A DNA stretch of 64,000 nt from an uncultured Candidatus Saccharibacteria bacterium (GTDB lineage Bacteria > Patescibacteriota > Minisyncoccia > UBA6257 > 2-01-FULL-56-20): contig CAYWDX010000001.1 of assembly GCA_964456235.1 (NCBI GenBank), positions 201,210 through 265,209 on the forward strand, in the 5' to 3' direction. The notes below the pieces were generated by a model, which saw only the letters and a program-made list of their open reading frames with translations, searched no databases and was not told where the DNA came from. Positions 57,115 to 64,000 of this stretch are shown piece by piece (the first letter of the stretch is position 1; the number at the start of each line of letters is the position of its first letter). Both the position numbers and the translations under genes were made by a program.

Positions 57115-58455
57115 TTGGCACAAGAGGATTTTTCACAATTCAAGAAGGTCATTTTGTGGCCGGAGTTCCACATCGTCTGGATCTTTTTAGCCATCGCTGC
57201 GGTCGCGTTTGCGATTGACGCCGTTGAACTCGGTAACAGTTTTTTCCTTTTGGTTGAGGGCGCGCTCCTCTTCGTCAGCTTTTTGCTGCTTGCCGTTACG
57301 GCCTACCGCGCGGCGCGCATTGACCGCGACACGAAAGTTGAGCGCGGCGAGTTCAAGAATATTTCAGAAACGCTTGACGATGCGCTCGTCGTCTATGACG
57401 AAAAATTTCGCGTAATGATTTTTAATGCGGCAGCGGAGCATCTATTCAAGCTGCCGGCGCAAAAGGTGATCGGCCACGTGGTGGTGCCCCAGGATGTCGA
57501 GCGCGAAGGGTGGCGGATGCTCGTGCAAACTATTTTCCCGTCGCTCGCCCCGCGCGTCGTCGTCCGTTCAAAGGAAGGGGAGTTCGCGCAAGTGTCGGAT
57601 ATTTCGTTCACCGATCCGCAAGCGGAATTGCGCGTGACCGCGACGCCCATAAAAGGTGAGGCCGGCCAAACATTCGGTTTCATTAAAATTATCCATGACC
57701 GCACGGCGCAGATCGGCGCCTTCCGCGCGCAAAGTGAATTCGTGACGGTGGCATCGCACCAACTTCGCACGCCGACGACGGAATTGCGCTGGGCGATCCA
57801 ATCGCTCGCGCACGAAGAGGGCCTCTCGCCCCAAGGAAAAGAAATCGTAAAGGGCGCGCTTCAATCTGCGGAATCAATGTTGCGCCGCATCGAAGAGCTC
57901 CTCAATATTTCGAGAATGGAGGAAGGGAAGTTTGGTTATCAATTTGCTGAAATCAACATCGTCGATTTTTTGAGCAAGGTGCTTGCCGATGTGCTGCCGG
58001 CGGCGCAGCGGACCGGCGTAAAAATTTATTTTGACCGGCCGCAAAGCCCATTGCCGAACGTGATGGCCGATCGCGACCGGCTCTCGATCGCCCTCACGAA
58101 TATTTTGGAAAACGCGATCCGTTACAACGTGGAAAATGGGGAAGTGATCGTGAAGGTGGATGCTCTCGCAGGCAAGCCGTTCCTCCAGGTGAGCGTGAAA
58201 GATACGGGGATCGGCGTCCCGGCCGAGTCCATGAACAAGCTATTTACCAAGTTTTATCGAGCGGATAACGCGATGAAGAGCCAGGCGGACGGATCAGGCC
58301 TCGGCCTTTACATGACCAAGAATATTGTGATGGCTCATGGGGGCGAAATATGGGCAGAATCCGAGCTCAATCGCGGTACGGTCGTTTACTTCACCCTCCC
58401 GACCGACCCCTCGCTTGTGCCCCAGCATGAAGTTGGCACAGAAGAGCTTTACTGA
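57115..58455 (+). CDS. Sensor histidine kinase (TM + PAS-like + HisKA + HATPase_c)
   Basis: H-box SHQLRTPTTEL, N box, and G1/G2 (GSGLGLYMTKNIVMAHGG). Confidence 0.85.
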   Translation: MAQEDFSQFKKVILWPEFHIVWIFLAIAAVAFAIDAVELGNSFFLLVEGALLFVSFLLLAVTAYRAARIDRDTKVERGEFKNISETLDDALVVYDEKFRVMIFNAAAEHLFKLPAQKVIGHVVVPQDVEREGWRMLVQTIFPSLAPRVVVRSKEGEFAQVSDISFTDPQAELRVTATPIKGEAGQTFGFIKIIHDRTAQIGAFRAQSEFVTVASHQLRTPTTELRWAIQSLAHEEGLSPQGKEIVKGALQSAESMLRRIEELLNISRMEEGKFGYQFAEINIVDFLSKVLADVLPAAQRTGVKIYFDRPQSPLPNVMADRDRLSIALTNILENAIRYNVENGEVIVKVDALAGKPFLQVSVKDTGIGVPAESMNKLFTKFYRADNAMKSQADGSGLGLYMTKNIVMAHGGEIWAESELNRGTVVYFTLPTDPSLVPQHEVGTEELY

Positions 58456-58493
58456 CCAGGCAGGTCTTGCCTTGGGAGAAGAAAGGAGGGACA

Positions 58494-60275
58494 ATGAGCG
58501 GCATGGGGAAGTCCCGCAAATATATTTTTATTGTTGGCGGCGTGATGTCGGGAGTCGGCAAAGGAGTCGCATCGGCATCTATCGGAAAAATTTTGCAGGG
58601 GCGCGGGCTCGAAGTAACGTCCCTCAAAATCGACCCCTATGTGAACGTTGACGCAGGCACTATGAACCCCACCGAGCACGGTGAGGTTTTTGTTTTGGAC
58701 GACGGCACCGAATGCGACCAGGACATGGGCAACTATGAGCGCTTTTTGAACCGCGACCTCACGGGAGCCAACTACATGACGACCGGGAGCGTCTATCAAT
58801 CGGTGATCGAGCGTGAACGGAGGATGGAATACGGCGGGAAATGCGTCGAAGTGGTGCCGCACATCCCGCTCGAGGTAATCGATCGCATCAATCGGGCGAT
58901 GCACAAAGCGAAAGCCGAAGTTTCGATCACGGAAATCGGCGGGACGGTTGGCGAATATCAAAACGTTTTGTTCTTGGAAGCGATCCGCATGTTGAAAGTG
59001 CGCCACCCGGGCGACGTGCTCCTCGTCCTCGTAAGTTATTTGCCGATCGTGAGCGACGACAACGAATTGAAAACCAAACCGACGCAATATTCTGTGCGCA
59101 CGTTGCAGTCGGCTGGGCTGCAGCCCGACATTATTCTCGCGCGCGCGAAGCATCCCCTCGATGCGAAGCGCAAAGAAAAAATTGCGTTCAACGGGAACTT
59201 GCGCGTGGAAGACATCATTTCAGCGCCGGACGTTGAAAGCCTCTACGACATCCCGATCAATTTTGAAAAAGACAATTTGGGCAACCTGATCTTTCAGAAA
59301 CTTTCGATGCGCGCGCCGAAAAAGGACTTGCACGACTGGCGCCGCCTCGCCGCCCGCATCCATAATGCCAAAAAAACGGCCCGGATCGCGGTCGTCGGCA
59401 AATACTTTTCAAGCGGCAAATTCATGCTGGCCGATTCCTATATATCCGTTATAGAGGCCATAAAACATGGGGCGGCGAGCGTTGGCGTGCGTCCCCAGAT
59501 CGAGTGGCTTGACGCCGAGGAATTTGAAAAGGATAAGGCCGCCGTCAAAAAACTCGACGCCTACCAGGGCATCATCGTGCCCGGCGGTTTCGGCAGCCGC
59601 GGCATCGAAGGAAAGCTCCGCGTGATCCGCCACGCGCGCGAAAAGAAAATCCCGTATTTCGGTTTGTGCTACGGCATGCAGCTTGCGACGGTTGAATATT
59701 CGCGGAATGTTTTGAAATTGCGGAATGCAAACACCACCGAGATTGATCCGCGCACCAAGCATCCCGTGATCGACATTTTGCCCGAACAGAAAAAACTGAT
59801 GGAGGAAAAAAATTACGGCGGCACGATGCGCCTCGGCGCCTATCCCGCGACGCTCGCGATGAAAACGATTGCGCGTGATGCCTACGGCAAGGCAAAAATT
59901 TCTGAACGCCATCGCCACCGCTTCGAAGTGAACCCTCTCTATATTAAGCGTCTCGAACGCGACGGCGTGATTTTCTCCGGCCAGTCGCCGGACCACCGGC
60001 TCATGGAAATCATGGAATTGCCGCGCAGCGTCCATCCATTTTTCCTCGGCACGCAGTTCCATCCCGAATTGAAGTCGCGCCCGCTTGATCCGCACCCGCT
60101 CTTCCGCGAGTTTATGCGTGCGGCGATGAAGCGGATGAACGCGCCGGTGAAGTCCCCGCGCGTGCTTGCGCCGAAAGTTGTGCGCGCGAAGATAAAACGC
60201 GTTTCTCCACAGCGGACACTCAAAAAAATCCATGGTCGTATTCCTTTACGGACCCGACGACTACAGGCGGCATAA
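58494..60275 (+). CDS. pyrG: CTP synthase with basic C-terminal extension
   Basis: KYIFIVGGVMSGVGKG N-terminus, glutamine amidotransferase domain (GLCYGMQ). SD AAAGGAGGG is 5 nt upstream of the ATG. Confidence 0.9.
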   Translation: MSGMGKSRKYIFIVGGVMSGVGKGVASASIGKILQGRGLEVTSLKIDPYVNVDAGTMNPTEHGEVFVLDDGTECDQDMGNYERFLNRDLTGANYMTTGSVYQSVIERERRMEYGGKCVEVVPHIPLEVIDRINRAMHKAKAEVSITEIGGTVGEYQNVLFLEAIRMLKVRHPGDVLLVLVSYLPIVSDDNELKTKPTQYSVRTLQSAGLQPDIILARAKHPLDAKRKEKIAFNGNLRVEDIISAPDVESLYDIPINFEKDNLGNLIFQKLSMRAPKKDLHDWRRLAARIHNAKKTARIAVVGKYFSSGKFMLADSYISVIEAIKHGAASVGVRPQIEWLDAEEFEKDKAAVKKLDAYQGIIVPGGFGSRGIEGKLRVIRHAREKKIPYFGLCYGMQLATVEYSRNVLKLRNANTTEIDPRTKHPVIDILPEQKKLMEEKNYGGTMRLGAYPATLAMKTIARDAYGKAKISERHRHRFEVNPLYIKRLERDGVIFSGQSPDHRLMEIMELPRSVHPFFLGTQFHPELKSRPLDPHPLFREFMRAAMKRMNAPVKSPRVLAPKVVRAKIKRVSPQRTLKKIHGRIPLRTRRLQAA

Positions 60276-61017
60276 CCGCAAAGCCGAACTCGTCGAGCGG
60301 TTCACAAAAAAATATTCTGGCCTCGCCGTGGGGCGTTTTGATGGCGAATCGAAAGATGTGCTTGACGCCCTCGGCGGCTTCATCCGGAACCAGTCGATTT
60401 TCGAAAGTGCCAAGCTCGCGATGCTGGACAATGCCTTTGCAATAGATGCTCCCAAGCTCGCGAAGGCGCTCGAGCCAGCGCTCAATACTAAGGCCACGAC
60501 CATCCTGATTTCTGAAAAAGATAAGCCGGTCAAGGCGCTCGCGTTCTTGCTCAAAGCACCCGTCGTCGCCGAGCAATTCGAAAATTTGGAAGCGGCCGAG
60601 CTGAAGGCCTTTATAAAAGAGGAGGCAAAAAAGCTTGGCGTCACGGTTGCGGATGCAGCCGCGCAATTCCTCGCCGCCGTGTTCCAAAACAATGCTTGGG
60701 GCCTCGTGACCGAGCTCCAAAAAATTTCCAGCATGAAGCCGGGCGGCGCGATTGATAAAAATGATTTGAACGCGCTCGATCTCGAAGCGGCGCCGAACTA
60801 TTGGATGCTTTTGAACGGATTAAAAAGTCAGGATGGCCGCACGCGCCTCTCGACGCTTGAGCGCCTGTTCGCGCTGAATGATCCGCCGCCAAAAATTTTC
60901 AACATCCTCGCGGCGCAGGCGGGGGAAAAAACTGCGAAGATGGCCGAATACGACTTCGCGGTGAAGTCGGGGAAAATTGATTACGAAGAAGCGTTGCTCG
61001 ATCTAATCCTCGCTTAG
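60232..61017 (+). CDS. holA: DNA polymerase III delta subunit-like protein (short HolA)
   Basis: VFLYGPDDY N-terminus and helical C-terminal domain. Overlaps the pyrG tail. Confidence 0.55.
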   Translation: MVVFLYGPDDYRRHNRKAELVERFTKKYSGLAVGRFDGESKDVLDALGGFIRNQSIFESAKLAMLDNAFAIDAPKLAKALEPALNTKATTILISEKDKPVKALAFLLKAPVVAEQFENLEAAELKAFIKEEAKKLGVTVADAAAQFLAAVFQNNAWGLVTELQKISSMKPGGAIDKNDLNALDLEAAPNYWMLLNGLKSQDGRTRLSTLERLFALNDPPPKIFNILAAQAGEKTAKMAEYDFAVKSGKIDYEEALLDLILA

Positions 61018-61271
61018 CGGCCGATCAATTTTGCGAGCCGAGATTTGAGCCGATCCGCCTTATTCTTTTTCATCACATTGCTGCGCGCGGCTTTGTCGAG
61101 TGCCCGGTAGGCCGTGACGAGCGCCGCCTTGGCCTCATCCATTTTTTTTGACGCCGCAAGCTTGCGATAGGTCGTCACTGCTTTTTTATAAGCGTCTTTG
61201 CGTTTTGCATTGCGCGCACGATTCGTCCGATTCTGGCGGAGCGCTTTCTTTGCGGATGCAGTAATTGGCAT
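61014..61271 (-). CDS. rpsT: 30S ribosomal protein S20
   Basis: MPITASAKKALRQNRTNRARNAKRK... matches the S20 consensus. The longer ORF start at 61298 is rejected. Confidence 0.8.
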   Translation of the reverse strand: MPITASAKKALRQNRTNRARNAKRKDAYKKAVTTYRKLAASKKMDEAKAALVTAYRALDKAARSNVMKKNKADRLKSRLAKLIGR

Positions 61272-61411
61272 GGAGGTGAGTATAGCGAGAATGCGCATAT
61301 TTTACAAGGGCGGCGAGGCCATCATTGACAATATAGTATTTTATAATGTATAATAAACCCGGTTATTCAATATCACCGCTTGCGAAAACCGAGCGAGAAA
61401 ACGAGGATTAT

Positions 61412-62056
61412 ATGGGACTCGCCATAACCGAGAAACAGAAAGCGCGCCTTTTCGACCTAGGCGTTTCTGTCATGGAGTTGACCCGCGACGGAAACCGTGA
61501 CTGCGACGAGGTGATCTGCGTGCTTCAGGCAATCAAGGATCACAAGGATTTCGCGGCGAAACTTCAGGCTCCCACCACGAAGCACCCCCAACCAACCCCG
61601 CCTCCACTAGCGATCGTGATCAACGCCAACCTCGACCCCACGATCCCGTCCGGTCTCTGCCTCACGGGCAAGGGAACCGAGCACCGCAAGATGGGCCAGG
61701 TCACGCTCGAGAAGCGCCCCGACGGGAAGCTCTACGCGAACGGCACGGAGGTCGTCCGCCACCGCGTGCCCGGACAGATGAACGGCACCATCCAGGGCCA
61801 CAAGCTCCGCAAGGAGCTGGAGGGGGTGCAGGTGCTGAACGCCTGCATCATGGACGCCTTGCTCGCCAACCCAGAGCTCATCCCTGACGAGTGGAAGACC
61901 GGATACACCTATTTCTGGGGAACCATCTTCCGCCGCGCGGACGGCAACCTGTGCGTCGGGTACCTGTGCTGGCACGACGACCGGTGGGACTGGGGCTACC
62001 GCTGGCTTGACGGCGTCTGGGGCGGTCAGAACCCGGCCGCGGCGCTCGCAAGTTAG
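61412..62056 (+). CDS. DGR target (variable) protein; C-terminal ~40 aa form the variable region
   Basis: The 3' 123 nt (61928..62050) are repeated at 62427..62549 with substitutions only at template adenines. Trp/Asp-rich C-terminus RADGNLCVGYLCWHDDRWDWGYRWLDGVWGGQNPAAALAS. Start could also be 61346. Confidence 0.7.
   Translation: MGLAITEKQKARLFDLGVSVMELTRDGNRDCDEVICVLQAIKDHKDFAAKLQAPTTKHPQPTPPPLAIVINANLDPTIPSGLCLTGKGTEHRKMGQVTLEKRPDGKLYANGTEVVRHRVPGQMNGTIQGHKLRKELEGVQVLNACIMDALLANPELIPDEWKTGYTYFWGTIFRRADGNLCVGYLCWHDDRWDWGYRWLDGVWGGQNPAAALAS
61928..62050 (+). repeat. DGR variable region (VR)
   Basis: 123-nt match to TR with 17 mismatches, all at TR adenine positions. The conserved GC-rich 3' segment CAGAACCCGGCCGCGGCGCTCGCA is shared with TR and is consistent with an IMH. 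Confidence 0.85.
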
Positions 62057-62123
62057 CTCTTTGGCATTGGGGCGGTTATCATTTTCTGATCCTCTGTCCC
62101 TTTGCTCTGCGCATTTTCTTTCT

Positions 62124-62163
62124 GCCCGTGCATGAACTTCGGTTCTGCACGGGCTTTGTTTTT
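62124..62163 (+). terminator. Rho-independent terminator after the DGR target gene
   Basis: GCCCGTGCA (13-nt loop) TGCACGGGC followed by TTTGTTTTT. Confidence 0.7.
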
Positions 62164-62426
62164 ACAGACAATATGTGTGGTAAAATTTTTATGGAATAAA
62201 GCTCAAAACAAGTCCGCGGCTATGGTTGCGGGCGGCTGAGTTCCAGTATCACTGGATGCGGAATGGCAACGGCTACGGCTTTTGCCAGAGCCATCCTTTA
62301 TCAGCTAAAAACGAAGATACTTGGTGCATTGCGCTGGGGGATTACCCAAAGCCAAGGGGATATTCCGAATGAGATTCAATCCAGAGAGTATTCAATGGAT
62401 GGTGGCGCAGATGGCGCGATGCACGA

Positions 62427-62549
62427 TTCCGCAACGCGGACGGCAACCTGTACGTCAAGTACCTGTACTGGAACGACGACCGGTGGAACTGGAACTACAA
62501 CTGGCTTGACAACGACTGGGACGATCAGAACCCGGCCGCGGCGCTCGCA
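62427..62549 (+). repeat. DGR template region (TR)
   Basis: Invariant, adenine-rich copy with AAC codons at the positions that vary in VR. Not in a Met-initiated ORF. Confidence 0.85.
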
Positions 62550-62569
62550 GCTCTCATCGTTCTCCCGCT

Positions 62570-62956
62570 TTATCTCGAGGCGGGAGTTTCTTTAGCGACC
62601 TGTCGCGCCCATCCACCGATTTGCTTGCCGATTTCGAAAAGTTTTTCTGAAAGTGCGATATACTTCTTCCCGTCGACAGCTTTTATTTCCCAAAGTATTT
62701 CAAGAAAGAATTTTGCTAGGTCGAGATGTCGGGCAGCTTGTTCGAGGTAGGACAATCGGTCGTCTTTATTGGCGAAGACAGCGCGATATATCTCTCCGGC
62801 AGCGTCTATGAGCGATGCGTCTATTTTTATACCAAGCGTATATCGAGCATCTCTTCGCACATGCGGTAAGAATTCATGCCAGATTTTGTATGCACCAATC
62901 AAATGTTGAATAATCGGGAGCGTGATGCGTTGGGGGGGGGGGGTTATTGGTCGCAT
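62570..62956 (-). CDS. avd: Avd-like accessory variability determinant (four-helix-bundle / 23S rRNA IVS-protein family)
   Basis: 128 aa. IIQHLIGAYKIWHEFLPHVRRDARYTLG ... LSEKLFEIGKQIGGWARQ matches the four-helix-bundle family consensus. Opposite strand to the RT and overlapping its 5' end. Confidence 0.65.
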   Translation of the reverse strand: MRPITPPPQRITLPIIQHLIGAYKIWHEFLPHVRRDARYTLGIKIDASLIDAAGEIYRAVFANKDDRLSYLEQAARHLDLAKFFLEILWEIKAVDGKKYIALSEKLFEIGKQIGGWARQVAKETPASR

Positions 62957-63913
62957 TTGGATTTTAAGAAAATTAGTTCGCCGGAAAATTTATTGAAGGC
63001 GTGGCAGGAATTCCTGCTCGGCAAGCGCAAAAAGCATGATGTTCAAGAATTTCAGCTGCGACTCATGGATAATATTCTAGCATTGCACGCGGATCTTGCG
63101 GATGGAACCTATCGGCACGGCGGCTACCGAGCATTTAATGTTTCGGATCCCAAGCCGCGCCACATCCACAAGGCTAGCGTCCGCGACCGTCTTTTACACC
63201 ACGCTATTTATAGAGAGCTGTACCCAGCCTATGATCGTCTCTTTATCTCTGATTCGTTCGCGTGCCGTAATAATAAAGGGATGCATGCGGCGGTCAATCG
63301 TTTTCGCTCATTCGCTTTTAAAGTGGGTCGAAATAATACCCGAACCTGCTGGGTTTTGAAATGCGACATCCGAAAATTTTTTGCGAATATTGAGCACGGG
63401 ATTCTCATGCATATGTTGCGGCAAAAAATCGCTGACCCACAATTATTGGAACTGCTCCACCGTATCATTGAGAGCTTTGAAACGGTGCCGGGCAAAGGGT
63501 TGCCTCTTGGTAACCTCACGTCACAACTTTTTGTGAATATTTATATGAATGAGTTTGACCAATTCATGAAACATAATCTTCGCGTTAAGCACTACGTCCG
63601 TTACGCTGATGATTTTGTGGTCTTATCGCCGAATCGCGAATGGTTGGAAATTATTCTGAAAGAAATGGAAATATTTTTGAAAGAAAGGCTGCGGCTCGAA
63701 TTGCATCCCGATAAAGTCTTCATTAAAACACTCGCCTCCGGTGTGGATTTTCTTGGTTGGGTCCATTTCCCCGACCACCGGGTTCTTCGTAGCGCAACGA
63801 AACGCCGGATGTTAAAAAGAATGTCCCTCCATCGAACGGCCGAAACGGTTGCTTCTTACCGTGGGCTCCTTAAGCATGGCAACACTAAAAAATTAAGCAT
63901 ATACTTGGAGTAA
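62876..63913 (+). CDS. DGR-type reverse transcriptase
   Basis: RT motifs including LPLGNLTSQLFVNIYMNEFD (the SQ signature of DGR RTs, versus SP in group II/retron RTs) and YADD. ~345 aa. Start uncertain because of a G12 tract at 62932..62943. Confidence 0.85.
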   Translation: MPDFVCTNQMLNNRERDALGGGGYWSHLDFKKISSPENLLKAWQEFLLGKRKKHDVQEFQLRLMDNILALHADLADGTYRHGGYRAFNVSDPKPRHIHKASVRDRLLHHAIYRELYPAYDRLFISDSFACRNNKGMHAAVNRFRSFAFKVGRNNTRTCWVLKCDIRKFFANIEHGILMHMLRQKIADPQLLELLHRIIESFETVPGKGLPLGNLTSQLFVNIYMNEFDQFMKHNLRVKHYVRYADDFVVLSPNREWLEIILKEMEIFLKERLRLELHPDKVFIKTLASGVDFLGWVHFPDHRVLRSATKRRMLKRMSLHRTAETVASYRGLLKHGNTKKLSIYLE

Positions 63914-64000
63914 TGCTCTATAGCATTTCCGGCAAACTGGCCTCAAAACATGACCACTTCATCGTGGTGGAAGCGGCGGGGCTAGGCATGAAACTTTTTG
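63913..64000 (+). CDS. ruvA: Holliday junction DNA helicase RuvA (N-terminal fragment; continues past the window end)
   Basis: MLYSISGKLASKHDHFIVVEAAGLGMKLF matches the RuvA N-terminus. ATG overlaps the RT stop. Confidence 0.6.
   Translation, partial: MLYSISGKLASKHDHFIVVEAAGLGMKLF

Noticed and set aside
58449-59153. 234-aa minus-strand ORF opposite pyrG
   Set aside because: Antisense to a highly conserved CTP synthase.
62263-62595. ORFs 62263..62595 and 62321..62509 over the TR
   Set aside because: Neither is in the frame homologous to the VR. The TR-homologous frame has no start codon. The region is treated as the non-coding DGR template.

Overview
GC-rich, gene-dense bacterial chromosome segment with short, overlapping genes. 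The gene content (PrgI/VirB4/VirB6-type cluster without relaxase, a DGR, minimal housekeeping set) suggests a CPR/Patescibacteria-like organism; this is inference. The window contains the replication-origin neighbourhood (rpmH-rnpA-yidC-jag divergent from dnaA-dnaN, with a DnaA box and AT-rich spacer between dnaA and dnaN) and a folate/thymidylate block (folD, glyA, dcd, thyA, folA). Other housekeeping genes are ftsH, clpP, hppA, nusA, tyrS, pcrA, ksgA, ruvC/ruvB/ruvA(partial), pyrG, holA, rpsT, a class A PBP and pilB. Four tRNAs are present: Val-TAC, His-GTG, Ile-TAT and Gly-TCC. The two most notable regions are: (1) a complete diversity-generating retroelement at 61.4-63.9 kb, comprising a target gene with a C-terminal VR, a TR copy 500 bp downstream that differs from VR only at 17 TR-adenine positions, an Avd-like four-helix-bundle gene on the opposite strand, and an RT with the DGR-type LGNLTSQ/YADD motifs, with a G12 homopolymer in the avd/RT overlap; (2) an ~11 kb, 10-gene type IV secretion-like operon at 32.5-43.6 kb with VirB6/TrbL-like, PrgI(VirB3)-like, split VirB4 ATPase, a VirB2-like pilin with a Cys-rich tail and several large secreted proteins, but no coupling protein or relaxase. 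Downstream of tRNA-Gly there is a decayed, island-like region with a Dam-methylase N-terminal remnant, a C-terminal paralog fragment of the T4SS-cluster secreted protein, a 23-bp inverted repeat and a two-gene operon encoding a J-domain protein. An AT-rich, repeat-dense 410-bp intergenic region at 26.5-26.9 kb carries three evenly spaced copies of a GTTTAYCGGTAAAC palindrome. No CRISPR arrays or rRNA genes were found.
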